Positions 40,013 through 50,288 are shown, counted from the first letter of the stretch. The stretch: DNA of 64,000 bases from Chthonomonadaceae bacterium (GCA_035650735.1 DASRGZ010000059.1:1-64000), one strand, 5' to 3'. The notes: generated by a model not told the origin, from the sequence alone. Numbers and translations: made by a program.

Positions 40013-40118
40013 GCTGTAACTCTCCCCTCGAAGAGGACAACGCCCCTACTACTTGCTGCCTATCAGAACAACAAGGGTACTATCGCGCGCTCTGGTGCGG
40101 CAAGAACATCGGCGCTGG

Positions 40119-41966
40119 CTAGCCGCGTGTGGCGTCGTGGAGATAGTCGTAGACGATTTCGGCCAGTTTGAGGTTCATGCCGGGCGCAGCGGCGAGTTCG
40201 GCCAGCGTGGCCGCTTTCATCTTGCTGACCGAGCCGAAGTACATTTGCAGTGCCTTACGCCGCTTCGGGCCGATGCCGGGAATATCGTCCAGCAGGGAGC
40301 GCGTGTTCCGCTTGTCGCGCACGTTGGCCTGGTAGGTATTGGCGAAGCGGTGCGCCTCATCTCGGATGCGCTGCACCAGGTAGAGCGCCTGGGAGGTACG
40401 CGGCAGGATCACCGGGTCGGGCTCGTCCGGCAGGAACAGGTGCTCGAACTGCTTGGCCAGCCCGCAGACTGGCACGCGCACGCCCGTCTCCTCCATTGCC
40501 GCCACCGCCGAGGAGACCTGCCCGCGTCCGCCATCCACGATGATCAGGTCCGGCAGGCGGCTGAACTTGGGGTTGTTGGCTTGCGCCTCCCTCAGGCGGC
40601 GCGTAAGGACCTCGCGCATAGAGGCGAAGTCGTTGGGCTTCTCATCCTCCCGCCGTATCTTGAAGCGCCGGTACTCCTGCTTGCTCATCTCGCCCTTCTC
40701 GCAGACCACCATCGAGGCGACCTGGTTCTGCCCCTGTGTGTTGGAGATGTCGTAGCATTCGATGCGCTGCGGCGGCTCCGACAGGCCCAGCGCCTCCGCC
40801 AGTTCGGATAGCGCCCGCTCCGTATTGCCCAGCTTGGCCCGCATCTCCGCCTTGATCTGCTCTAAGGCGTGGACGGCGTTCTCGGTTGCCATCTCCACCA
40901 GCTTCTTCTTGTCGCCGCGCGCCGGAACCTGGATTTCGACCTTCCGGCCCTTCTTCTGCCGCAGCCAGCTCTGGATAATGAGGACTTCGTCCATATCGCA
41001 GGGCAGCAGGATCTCCTGCGGGATAAAGCTGGCGTTCTGGTAATACTGCTTGACGAACTCCTGCACCACGTCGGCGGGCGTCTCCTCGCCCGTGCCCTCC
41101 ACCAGGAAGTGGTTCTGGCCGATCAGCTTGCCGCCGCGAATGAAGAACATCTGCACGCACGCGCCGTTGAGGCCGGTATTGTCCTCCACAACGGCGATCA
41201 CGTCCTGATCGATCATCTCCGTCGTGATAACCTTCTGCCGCTGTAAGACCTCCTCGACGCCCTGCAACCGGTCGCGCAGCCGCGCCGCCCGCTCAAACTC
41301 CAGCGCCTCCGCCGCCGCTTCCATCTGCTGGCGCAGCTTCTTGATGATCTGCTCCTGCCGTCCCTCCAGGAAATCGGCGACATCTTTGACAACGGCAGCG
41401 TACTCCTGCCTATCTGCCAGGCCCGCGCACGGCGCCAGGCACTGCCCCATATGGTAGTACAGGCACGGCTTCTGAACCGGGGCGCCGTCGAAGCTCTTGC
41501 CGCAGCTAATCAGCGGGAAGATACGCTTGATCAACTCCATCGTGGCGTAGACGGCGCGGGAACCGGGGTAGGGACCGAAATAGCGGTTGCCATCCTGGCG
41601 CACGCGGCGCACCAGAACCAGGCGCGGGAACGGCTCGCTGGTGGTCAGACACAGGTAGGGGTACTGCTTATCGTCGCGCAGGCGCACGTTGTAGTGCGGC
41701 TGATGCTTCTTGATCAGCGAGCACTCCAGCACCAGGGCTTCCAGTTCGCTGTCGGTGACCATATACTCCAGGTCGGCGATATGGCTGACCAGGCGGCGCA
41801 CCTTCGGCGGGTGGCTGGCCGACTTCTGGAAGTAGGAGCGGACGCGATTGCGCAGGTTGACCGCCTTGCCGACGTAGATGATCGTGCCGCTGCTGTCCTT
41901 ATAAAGATAACAGCCCGGCTTGGTCGGCAGCGTTGCCAGTTTTTCTTCTACTGCTTGCGTAGGCAT
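40119..41966 (-). CDS. uvrC: Excinuclease ABC subunit C
   Basis: PGCY...YVGKAVNLRNRVRSYF GIY-YIG domain, RIECYDISN, PDLIIVDGGRGQ, RIRDEAHRFA, HhH GIGPKRR. Confidence 0.97.
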   Translation of the reverse strand: MPTQAVEEKLATLPTKPGCYLYKDSSGTIIYVGKAVNLRNRVRSYFQKSASHPPKVRRLVSHIADLEYMVTDSELEALVLECSLIKKHQPHYNVRLRDDKQYPYLCLTTSEPFPRLVLVRRVRQDGNRYFGPYPGSRAVYATMELIKRIFPLISCGKSFDGAPVQKPCLYYHMGQCLAPCAGLADRQEYAAVVKDVADFLEGRQEQIIKKLRQQMEAAAEALEFERAARLRDRLQGVEEVLQRQKVITTEMIDQDVIAVVEDNTGLNGACVQMFFIRGGKLIGQNHFLVEGTGEETPADVVQEFVKQYYQNASFIPQEILLPCDMDEVLIIQSWLRQKKGRKVEIQVPARGDKKKLVEMATENAVHALEQIKAEMRAKLGNTERALSELAEALGLSEPPQRIECYDISNTQGQNQVASMVVCEKGEMSKQEYRRFKIRREDEKPNDFASMREVLTRRLREAQANNPKFSRLPDLIIVDGGRGQVSSAVAAMEETGVRVPVCGLAKQFEHLFLPDEPDPVILPRTSQALYLVQRIRDEAHRFANTYQANVRDKRNTRSLLDDIPGIGPKRRKALQMYFGSVSKMKAATLAELAAAPGMNLKLAEIVYDYLHDATRG

Positions 41967-41971
41967 AGGAC

Positions 41972-42191
41972 TTACTTACGGAGGACGGGACCGACGCCTT
42001 CCAACATAACGTGCCGTAAGGTTTCTTCGCCGCCGAACCGTTGGGTTGCATCCAGTATCTCGATGCCGGCTAGCTGCCCATCGGCATCGTACTCAGCGGT
42101 GATTCCTTTCGGCCAGGTCTTCTGTCGTTACCGTAGTATCGCGGAAGATAATGCTGAGCGCATCCACTTCTTGATCATAGACTATCCTTAT
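41972..42191 (-). pseudogene. DUF2283-family pseudogene
   Basis: (ATA)RIVYDQEVDALSIIF...LAE, then a frameshift, then GITAEYDADGQLAGIEILDA; 3' limit approximate. Confidence 0.7.
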
Positions 42192-42204
42192 GACGCCACT
42201 CCCT

Positions 42205-42264
42205 TTAGATTTGGAAGGGTAACCCGACACGCGCCTCCAGTCTAGATACACTGCCTGTAATCAT
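42205..42264 (-). pseudogene. 19-codon stub of a clan AA protease gene
   Basis: MITGSVSRLEARVGLPFQI*, with the same ATGA coupling and MITGxV start as at 2177. Confidence 0.55.
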
Positions 42265-42533
42265 GGCGTTGTCCGCGTCAACATGCCGCCAACAGCATAT
42301 ACGGCATCATAGCCTATTCTTACGCCCCAGATGGCGGCGTCAGGATGCTTATCGCGAAGAACTCGTGCTGCTTTGATTCCCATATCGGCAATCGCATAGT
42401 TGCCTGTCTCAATGTCAATGCAGCATATTTTACCGATGTTTTCCTCAGTTTCTACCTTAGCGCGAATATATCGGTCGTAGAGTTCCTGTCCGCGCTTTTC
42501 TATCTCTTCGGCGCTAAATCGTGGGTGTGGCAT
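42261..42533 (-). CDS. Small conserved protein, paralog of 2174-2446
   Basis: HPRFSAEEIEKRGQELYD..IRAKVETEENIGKI..IDIETG..RIGYDAV. Confidence 0.75.
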   Translation of the reverse strand: MPHPRFSAEEIEKRGQELYDRYIRAKVETEENIGKICCIDIETGNYAIADMGIKAARVLRDKHPDAAIWGVRIGYDAVYAVGGMLTRTTP

Positions 42534-42600
42534 CCGCTTGACCTCCATCCCCTATTCTGGCCCTACGCTTATTGTACCACAGGCGGCAGACATCAGACGA

Positions 42601-43491
42601 TTACTTTGCGCTGCACATGGCGGCGATAAAGGCCCGTACTGCCGCACGGCGCACTCCGGCTTTCTTGACCAGCAGGCCCTCCGGGCGGCGGAACGAATCC
42701 GAGGGTGCGAGCGGCACGCTGGCAAGCAGTCCCTCTCGTACCTCCCGGCGCACCGTATCCGCCGGCAGGAGCGCCACGCCGCTGCCGATCTCGACCAGGT
42801 TCTTGATCGTCTCGATGTTGTCGAAGGCCATGAGGATATGCACCTTAGCGCCCGCCGCGCGCAGGCGCTCGTCCACTAGGTGCCGCGTCGGAATGTCGTC
42901 GGCGAAGGCGATGAAGGGCTGCCCCTCCAACTGCGCCAGCCTCAGCTTAGACTCCTGGGCGAACGGATGCTCCGGCGCGCAGACGACCACCATCTCCTCA
43001 TCACCGAAGGGAACTATTTCCACACCGCTGCGCTCGGTCGGGCAGGCGACAATCCCCACGTCCACTGCGCCCGACAGCACATCCTGATAGACCTTCGCCG
43101 TCTGGCTGTACTCCAGGTGGACATTGACCTTCGGATGCGCTGCTAGAAACGGCTTTAACCGCCCCGGCAGCGCGTGCAGCCCCACCGAATAGACCGTCGC
43201 CACGCGCACCGTGCCCGCGATCTCCTCCGAGAGACCCCGCAGCCTGGCTTCTAGCTCCTCCGCCTCGGCCAGCAGGGCTTTCCCGCCCTCATAGAGGATG
43301 CGTCCCGCCTCGGTCGGCACCACCCGCCCCTTACCCTTGCCGCGATCAAGAAGCACCTGCCCGTACTCATGCTCCAGGGCGCGCAGGCGCTGGCTCACCG
43401 CCGATTGGGATACGAAATTGCGCTCCGCCGCCCGCGTAAAGGAGCCGGTCTCCACCAGGTCACAGAACAGTTTCAAGGCCGCCATATCCAT
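42601..43491 (-). CDS. LysR-family transcriptional regulator
   Basis: GSFTRAAERNFVSQSAVSQRLRALE HTH plus substrate-binding domain; divergent from the sdh operon. Confidence 0.93.
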   Translation of the reverse strand: MDMAALKLFCDLVETGSFTRAAERNFVSQSAVSQRLRALEHEYGQVLLDRGKGKGRVVPTEAGRILYEGGKALLAEAEELEARLRGLSEEIAGTVRVATVYSVGLHALPGRLKPFLAAHPKVNVHLEYSQTAKVYQDVLSGAVDVGIVACPTERSGVEIVPFGDEEMVVVCAPEHPFAQESKLRLAQLEGQPFIAFADDIPTRHLVDERLRAAGAKVHILMAFDNIETIKNLVEIGSGVALLPADTVRREVREGLLASVPLAPSDSFRRPEGLLVKKAGVRRAAVRAFIAAMCSAK

Positions 43492-43511
43492 CGTAGCTCT
43501 TGCCCATAACA

Positions 43512-43526
43512 ATTAGAAACGCTTAT
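43512..43526. promoter_or_regulatory. Putative LysR box (T-N11-A dyad)
   Basis: ATTAG-AAACG-CTTAT just upstream of the LysR start. Confidence 0.45.
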
Positions 43527-43725
43527 TATTCCTATCTTAACATTTCATTTTACTTTTGGCAACCTCCTGTGCCAGAATAACCCGGTCAACTTTGCGGCCC
43601 GCACGAAGAGGAAGCGCCTGCCGGACGCGCTTCGTCCCTTGCGGTTGATACTCCTGCCTGGCAGCAACCTCGCAACCGCAGGGATAGCTTGCCGCTAAAA
43701 TGGCGGGCCGTTGGAGAAGAGAGAA

Positions 43726-44544
43726 ATGGCAATCAATACGGCGCAACGAGCGCAAACTCGCGCAGGCGACATACCTAAAACTAAACGGCAAAACGTTCCG
43801 GTAACACGGCGGGACGCCTGGTGGATCGAGCCGGTGCTCACGGTCGTCGCGTTCATCGCCTTCAGCCTCTACGCGCTCTGGCGTGCCCTGGAAGCCCGCT
43901 ACATCAATACCTATGCGCTAGGCTCGCACTACCTGTCGCCCTTCTACTCGCCGCCGATCCAGGAGTGGGTACACATTACGTTGCCTATCTCCCCGGCGCT
44001 CTTCGTGCTGCTCTTCCCGCTGAGCTTCCGGGCAAGCTGCTACTTCTGCCGCCGCTCCTACTACCGGGCGTTTTTCTGGGACCCGCCCGCCTGCGCCGTG
44101 CCGGAGAGTGTGCGCCGCCCGCACTATACCGGCGAGCGCACGTTTCCATTTGTCTTGCAAAATTTACATAGATACGTCCTATATGCTATATTCATATGGG
44201 TCGTTTTTCACTGGATACATCTTTATCAGGCCTGCGTATTTACCGGCGCGGCAGGGACGCATTTTGGTATTGGGCTGGGCACTCTGGTGCTGTTATTTGA
44301 CACCCTGATGCTGACCGCCTATGTCGTCTCGTGCCATTCCTTCCGGCATCTGGCCGGCGGCGTGGTCAACAGGTTCTCGCGCTCCGGCGCGAGCCAGGCG
44401 CGCTTTAGGCTGTGGAAGGGAGTTTCGGCGCTCAATGCGCGGCACGGCCTGTTCTTCTGGCTCAGCCTGCTCTCGGTTGGCCTGGCCGACTTTTATGTGC
44501 GGATGGTCGCCAGCGGCGTCCTTCATGACCTGCGGCTGCTTTAG
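43726..44544 (+). CDS. Succinate dehydrogenase membrane anchor, Sdh1/Rv0249c type
   Basis: YLSPFYSP, FRASCYFCRRSYYRAFFWDPPACAV, QNLHRY, SCHSFRH; about five TM helices. Confidence 0.85.
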   Translation: MAINTAQRAQTRAGDIPKTKRQNVPVTRRDAWWIEPVLTVVAFIAFSLYALWRALEARYINTYALGSHYLSPFYSPPIQEWVHITLPISPALFVLLFPLSFRASCYFCRRSYYRAFFWDPPACAVPESVRRPHYTGERTFPFVLQNLHRYVLYAIFIWVVFHWIHLYQACVFTGAAGTHFGIGLGTLVLLFDTLMLTAYVVSCHSFRHLAGGVVNRFSRSGASQARFRLWKGVSALNARHGLFFWLSLLSVGLADFYVRMVASGVLHDLRLL

Positions 44545-44556
44545 AGGTATCATTGC

Positions 44557-46374
44557 ATGGAAGCCTACGAAACCTATGAATATGATGTTCTGATCATCGG
44601 CGCGGGAGGGGCCGGCCTGCGCGCCGCAATCGCCGCGCGTGAGGCGGGCTGCTCCGTCGGCATGATTTGCAAATCACTTTTAGGGAAGGCGCACACGGTG
44701 ATGGCGGAGGGGGGCGTGGCGGCGGCGCTCGGCAATATGACCACGCCCGACGGGCAGAAGGAGCCGGACGACTGGAAGGTTCACTTTGTGGACACGATGA
44801 AGGGCGGCGCGTTCCTGAACAACTGGCGCACGGTGGAGATCTTTGCGAAGGAGGCGCCGGAGCGCGTGCTGGAGCTAGAGCAGTACGGCGCGGTGTTCGA
44901 CCGGACGCCGGAGGGGCTGATCGCGCAGCGGCCCTTCGGGGGGCACAAGTACCGCCGCCTCAACCATGTGGGGGACCGGACGGGGCTGGAGTTGATCCGC
45001 ACGCTGCAAGATAAGGCCGTCGGTGTGGGGATGGATGTCCACATGGAGGTGACGCTGTCCCGGCTCCTCAAAGACGGGGATCGAGTGGTCGGCGCGTTTG
45101 GGTACCACCGCGAGTCGGGGCGGTTTGTGGCCTTCCGGGCGAAGGCGGTGGTGCTGGCGACGGGGGGCTGGGGCCGGATGTATATGTATACCTCCAATTC
45201 GTGGGAGGGCACCGGCGACGGCGTAATGATGGCCTACGAGGCGGGCGCGGAACTGATGGATATGGAGATGGTCCAGTTCCACCCGACGGGCATGATCTGG
45301 CCGCCGGGAATGCGGGGCATCCTGGTGACGGAGGGGGTGCGCGGCGAGGGCGGCATCCTGCGGAACAGCCAGGGCGAGCGCTTTATGTTCAAGCCGGAGT
45401 ATATGCCGCCGCTCTACAAGGGACAGTTTGCCGAGACGGAGGAGGAGGCAGCCCGCTGGCTGGACGATAAGAAGAACAACCGCCGTCCGCCGGAACTGCT
45501 GCCGCGCGATGTGGTGTCGCGCTGCATCTATAAAGAGGTAGAGGCGGGCCGGGGCAGCGAACATGGCGGGGTCTATCTGGATGTGTCGCATCGCGGCGCG
45601 GACTATATCAAGCGGAAGCTGCCCTCGATGTACGAGCAGTTTCATGCGCTGGGCGACGTGGACATCACCAGAGAGCCGATGGAGGTGTATCCGACCATCC
45701 ACTATACGATGGGGGGCATCTGGGCCGATCCGGAGACCTGCGCGACGACCGTGCCGGGCCTATATGCGGCGGGCGAGGTCGCGGCGGGCCTGCACGGGGC
45801 CAATCGGCTCGGCGGCAACTCGCTCTCGGATATTCTGGTGTTTGGGAAGCGGGCGGGGGAAGGCGCGGCGGCCTACGCAAAAACAGCGGCACAGGGAAGT
45901 CTGGATGAGGCGCAGATTGCCGAGGAGGCGCAAATTTTACTCGCGCCGCTGGAGAGCGCGTCGGGCGAGAATCCGTACAAAATTCACCAGGAGCTTCAGG
46001 AGACCATGCAGAAGCACTGCATGATCGCGCGCACGGAACAGGGTCTGCTGGAGGCGCTGGAGAAAATTCAGGAACTACAGCGGCGCGCGCAGAATCTGAA
46101 GGTGGAGGGCGACCGTATCTTTAATCCGGGCTGGCACGCGGCGCGGGAGATCCGCTCGATGCTGCGCACGTCGGAGGTCATTGTGCGGTGCGCGCTGGAG
46201 CGCAAGGAGAGCCGGGGCGCGCAGTGGCGTCTGGATTACCCGGAGAAGGATGACGCCTTCTGGGGCAAACATAACCTGATCGCCGTCAAGGAGGCCGATC
46301 GCGTGAAGATCACGACGCGCCTTCTGCCGGAGATGCCCGCAGAATTGAAAGCGCTGTTTGAGGAGAATAAGTAG
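44557..46374 (+). CDS. sdhA: Succinate dehydrogenase/fumarate reductase flavoprotein
   Basis: GAGGAG, KAHTVMAEGG, QFHPTG, TEGVRGEGG, HYTMGG, HGANRLGGNSL. Confidence 0.95.
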   Translation: MEAYETYEYDVLIIGAGGAGLRAAIAAREAGCSVGMICKSLLGKAHTVMAEGGVAAALGNMTTPDGQKEPDDWKVHFVDTMKGGAFLNNWRTVEIFAKEAPERVLELEQYGAVFDRTPEGLIAQRPFGGHKYRRLNHVGDRTGLELIRTLQDKAVGVGMDVHMEVTLSRLLKDGDRVVGAFGYHRESGRFVAFRAKAVVLATGGWGRMYMYTSNSWEGTGDGVMMAYEAGAELMDMEMVQFHPTGMIWPPGMRGILVTEGVRGEGGILRNSQGERFMFKPEYMPPLYKGQFAETEEEAARWLDDKKNNRRPPELLPRDVVSRCIYKEVEAGRGSEHGGVYLDVSHRGADYIKRKLPSMYEQFHALGDVDITREPMEVYPTIHYTMGGIWADPETCATTVPGLYAAGEVAAGLHGANRLGGNSLSDILVFGKRAGEGAAAYAKTAAQGSLDEAQIAEEAQILLAPLESASGENPYKIHQELQETMQKHCMIARTEQGLLEALEKIQELQRRAQNLKVEGDRIFNPGWHAAREIRSMLRTSEVIVRCALERKESRGAQWRLDYPEKDDAFWGKHNLIAVKEADRVKITTRLLPEMPAELKALFEENK

Positions 46375-46409
46375 CCTTCACCTTGGGGAAGGGAGTGAGG
46401 ATAACGACG

Positions 46410-47213
46410 ATGGATAAGATTACGCTGCGCGTGTTTCGCGGCGATGTCTGCGAGGGCAAGCTGGTCGCCTATGAGGTGCCGACCTTCCCCGGCATGGTCG
46501 TGCTGGACGCGATCCACTATATTCAGAAGAACCTGGACACGACGCTGGCCTGCCGCTGGAACTGCAAGGCGGCCAAGTGCGGCTCGTGTAGCGCCGAGAT
46601 TGACGGCAGGCCGAGGCTGCTGTGCAAGTCGCGAATAGACCAGTACCCTACGGGCGTGATTACTGTGGGGCCGATGCGGGCCTTCCCGCTGGTCAAAGAC
46701 CTGGTCACCGATGTCTCCTGGAACTATCGCACGGCTGCCAAGATCCCGCCCCTGGTGCCTAAGCCGGAGGTGGCGGGCAAGCCGTTTGTGATGCAGCAGG
46801 AGGATGTGGACCGCATTCAGGAGTTCCGCAAGTGCATCGAGTGCTTCCTGTGCCAGAACGTCTGTCATATCATCAGGGACCATCAGCGCACGGATGGCTT
46901 CTTCGGCCCCCGGCAGATGTGCCGGATAGGGGCGCTGGAGATGCATCCGATGGATGCGCTTAACCGCCGGGAGCAGCTTAAGGGCGATGCGGGCGTGGGC
47001 TTCTGCAACATTACGAAGTGCTGCACGGAGGTCTGCCCGGAACATATCCACATCACGGATAACGCGATCATTCCCTTGAAGGAGCGGGTGGCGGACGATT
47101 ACTTTGATCCGGTGCAGGGCATTCTGCGCAAGATTGGCGTGCTCAAGCGGGAGAAGAAGCAGCCGATGGAGAGCGTTCCCAACGAGCAGACCAGGATCCA
47201 TGACGGCAAGTAG
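46410..47213 (+). CDS. sdhB: Succinate dehydrogenase/fumarate reductase Fe-S subunit
   Basis: CKAAKCGSC...C, CIECFLCQNVC, CNITKCCTEVCP. Confidence 0.95.
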   Translation: MDKITLRVFRGDVCEGKLVAYEVPTFPGMVVLDAIHYIQKNLDTTLACRWNCKAAKCGSCSAEIDGRPRLLCKSRIDQYPTGVITVGPMRAFPLVKDLVTDVSWNYRTAAKIPPLVPKPEVAGKPFVMQQEDVDRIQEFRKCIECFLCQNVCHIIRDHQRTDGFFGPRQMCRIGALEMHPMDALNRREQLKGDAGVGFCNITKCCTEVCPEHIHITDNAIIPLKERVADDYFDPVQGILRKIGVLKREKKQPMESVPNEQTRIHDGK

Positions 47214-47533
47214 CCGACGGCAAACGCCTTTGTGCTTTCAGCAAAGGAGGATCTGCCAACAATTTTACAGGAAGACTCGACACAATCGCTTTTTTATGCT
47301 ATGGTGTTTATATCTGTTCGACGACATCACGTTCCGATTGAACTGCGATCTATGTACGTCGTGGGATAGCCTGCCTGTTGTCCTTTGTACATTCTTCTGG
47401 TTCCTCCGGCTCTCTTGGCGCTCGCATCAGATGGTGAAGCTACTCAAGGCTTCATCCACTTTAGGTGTCGCTAAGATTCTATATCTCGACACTGCGCTTT
47501 TCCTAGAGGGAAAGAACTCAAAGGAGCCAAGAG

Positions 47534-48223
47534 ATGAACGAGTATGAGGTCGGGCGGGATGTCCAGATGCTGCGCGCGCGCATCGAGCGCCTGGAGCGTG
47601 TTTGTGACGGGCATTCGCCTGAGGCGTCGGGGCGACACCAGGGAGTTTCCGCGCCACACGCGGAATCGGCGGGCGTGGCGCGGCATCACGCTCCGCTGCA
47701 CTGGAAGCCGGAAAAGGCCATGCAGTTGCCCCCGTTCTTGTACCCACTGCTGGGTGTGCCCGAGCGGCTAAGGCAATTTGATCTGATGCCGGAATCCAAA
47801 ACATGGATATGCCAGCCGGAGCCCCTGGTTTTGTTCGTCAACTGGTTTGCCGGCGGCAGCGATGAGTTTTATCGATTGCAGAACCAGGTATTCTCGGTCA
47901 TTCGCCTCATCGAACCAAACTCAGGACACATCAGTTGCACGGCGACCTATTCGGCCAGACTGGTAGCTTCCGGCAAAGCCCGTTCGCACTATTTTCCGGC
48001 AACGAGCGGCCAGACAGGTTTCCTCCCTACCTCTCAGTTCAATATCACCCTGCGCGATTCTCAGGGCGGCTCCCTCGGAGTGTACGTAAGCCCTGGCTAC
48101 TCGATTGCCTGCCAAGACAACCATGAGTTCGTGCAGCTTTGGGACTTTAATGCCGGACTCTATGATCTGGTTGCCGGTGCGACCTGGGAAGTCACCGGCG
48201 CCCAAGCAGTGGATGGTTGCTGA
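47534..48223 (+). CDS. Hypothetical protein (short N-terminal coiled coil, beta-rich C-domain)
   Basis: AAGGAG RBS; 229-aa ORF; no recognised family. Confidence 0.65.
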   Translation: MNEYEVGRDVQMLRARIERLERVCDGHSPEASGRHQGVSAPHAESAGVARHHAPLHWKPEKAMQLPPFLYPLLGVPERLRQFDLMPESKTWICQPEPLVLFVNWFAGGSDEFYRLQNQVFSVIRLIEPNSGHISCTATYSARLVASGKARSHYFPATSGQTGFLPTSQFNITLRDSQGGSLGVYVSPGYSIACQDNHEFVQLWDFNAGLYDLVAGATWEVTGAQAVDGC

Positions 48224-48334
48224 TCTTTTCTCGGCGTTGTCTGGAGCAACCCGGACGCTTCAAAAGAGTGAACCCCTCTTTCCGGTATTGGGAGGAGGGG
48301 TTGTGTGTTTGTGCCGGGCAATTGGAAGGATTTT

Positions 48335-49234
48335 TTACAACCTCCGTGCCCAATCCAGATTACGGCCGATAAGTAGCTCTGTCATCTCCGCATGATGGGT
48401 ATTTTTCATGACGATGGCCTGGGTATCAAACTCGTGCCGATCTGCCAGTTCCTGGACGCCCTCTGCATTGTCATAGGTCATCAGGAAATCCCCTTGCAGC
48501 GTCTCACAGAGGGCAAATAAGGCTTCGTGATCGAGTTCATTGTACATATAGAGGCGCTTGCCCGCCTTCTTTCCGGCCGCTGTATAGGGCGGATCAATGA
48601 AAAAGACCGCATCCCTGCGGTGGGCGTTTTCCCGAAGGTAGCCCAGTCCGTCGCCAGGAACGAAGGCTATCCTGTTTTTTATTTCTCCGATATGGAGAAT
48701 CCGCCTTGCAAGCGTTTTAGGATACCAGCGCGATTTTATGCCCTTTCCGTTTTCACCGTACTTGAGCACTCCACTGCCGGGCGCTAAAATGCCGCCGTGA
48801 TTAATCCGGTTGCGAAGGATCGTCTGAAAAGCAAGTTCTTCGCCTGTTATACCCTCTTTAGAAAGCTCAGCTTCCACCGTTTCAGGGGTAAGGTCAAAAT
48901 GCTGGATACGCTCGGCTAGTCGTCGCCCGCCACCATTTAAGACCGTCTCCCATACGGCGGATACCTGCTCATCAAGCTCGATCATGGTTACATGGTTCGC
49001 CAATCCTTCAAAAGCTACGGTAAGGCTGACAATACCCCCCCCGGCAAACGGCTCTATGAACTCAGAAGGCTTTTCGGGAAGGCTCCATAGCCATTGGCGT
49101 ATTCGCGGAACAAGCCATGTCTTTCCGCCAGGGTAGCGAAAGGGGCTCCGCTGCGGTACAGAAGCGACGTTCACTATTTGGGTGAAGGTGTCGTCCTGGG
49201 TAAAGTCATCTTCAGGGAAAAGGCTTGGTTGCAT
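48335..49234 (-). CDS. D12/Dam-class DNA adenine methyltransferase
   Basis: SPFRYPGGK, EPFAGGG, FIDPPY. Confidence 0.92.
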   Translation of the reverse strand: MQPSLFPEDDFTQDDTFTQIVNVASVPQRSPFRYPGGKTWLVPRIRQWLWSLPEKPSEFIEPFAGGGIVSLTVAFEGLANHVTMIELDEQVSAVWETVLNGGGRRLAERIQHFDLTPETVEAELSKEGITGEELAFQTILRNRINHGGILAPGSGVLKYGENGKGIKSRWYPKTLARRILHIGEIKNRIAFVPGDGLGYLRENAHRRDAVFFIDPPYTAAGKKAGKRLYMYNELDHEALFALCETLQGDFLMTYDNAEGVQELADRHEFDTQAIVMKNTHHAEMTELLIGRNLDWARRL

Positions 49235-49249
49235 CCTAATGCACTCTGA

Positions 49250-50173
49250 CTAGAGGTTTTCCAGTTGGTCAATCAGGTCCGTCTCGTCCGCCGGTACGTC
49301 CGGGGGAACATCGGCAAGCTGGGCGTCGGTTGCGCCCTCTAATTTCGCATCGAGCTTCGTTTGAAGATTTGCAAGGAAGCCTTCCATCGGCCCCGGCTCG
49401 GAGAGGGTTATCTTATCCAGCGACGGTTTGAACTGTGTATAGACTGTGCGCGCTGGCGTAAGAACATAGCGGTTAAGCGCCTCATTATGAACAAGGTCAT
49501 AGATGAGCCATGCAATGTCTGCCTCTTCTCTGGATACCTCTGGCAGTTCTGGAAGGGTGGCGTAAAAGGCGCTATGAACTGCGACCGCCTGTTTTCTTCC
49601 CCATGTCTTCAAAATCCCGCCTTTGTAGATTAACTGAGGTGCAAGGCGCTTTCGGGAAGAGGAAAGATAATCCGGCCTGGGTTCTTTCTTCCGGCTCTTT
49701 GTCCAATCGGTTGCTAGGTAGGCTGTGGGGTCATCCATATAGGGCTTGAAGAAAGACTTCCGCAGATTGCCGCTGATATAGACCGCCTGAACTTCTAAAG
49801 CTCCAAAGTCTATTACTTGGCCGTCGCCGTTATATGCGACGACGACCACATCAATATTTCCGGCCGATTTCCCATACTTATCATTCAGCCTGACCTCGAC
49901 AAGTGTTGTCCAGTGTGTTCCTTCAGGAAAGAAAAACTCGGCGGCTTGCTCGGCAATAAGCCATCCCTCGCGTAGTCTTACCGGGCAGATAATAGCGGGG
50001 CGATCTCCATCGTAAAGCGAACAGACACCGAGTGGATCAGTCACGCTGTCTTTTGTACAGTTGGGTACTTTGTTGTTAAACGGACAGAGCCGGTTTTTCC
50101 GGTATCGCTCGGCCTCCGGCGAATTAATATCAATGGGAAAGCCGAACACTTCGGCAAGCGGCTGCTTAGGCAA
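49250..50173 (-). CDS. NotI-family restriction endonuclease
   Basis: CPF...CTK...GVCS...CPVR Cys4 site, GNIDVV...LEVQAVYISG, SSRKRLAPQL; co-oriented with the methylase. Confidence 0.85.
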   Translation of the reverse strand: MPKQPLAEVFGFPIDINSPEAERYRKNRLCPFNNKVPNCTKDSVTDPLGVCSLYDGDRPAIICPVRLREGWLIAEQAAEFFFPEGTHWTTLVEVRLNDKYGKSAGNIDVVVVAYNGDGQVIDFGALEVQAVYISGNLRKSFFKPYMDDPTAYLATDWTKSRKKEPRPDYLSSSRKRLAPQLIYKGGILKTWGRKQAVAVHSAFYATLPELPEVSREEADIAWLIYDLVHNEALNRYVLTPARTVYTQFKPSLDKITLSEPGPMEGFLANLQTKLDAKLEGATDAQLADVPPDVPADETDLIDQLENL

Positions 50174-50288
50174 AGGGATTGTCCTCTTCGTAGGTTGCCC
50201 GGTAGTTCGCCAGTGATACCGTATATCCTTGCAGTCCAGCGGGCAAGATTTATATTGCGAAACAATTGTCTCCTGCTTCTCTATTTCT

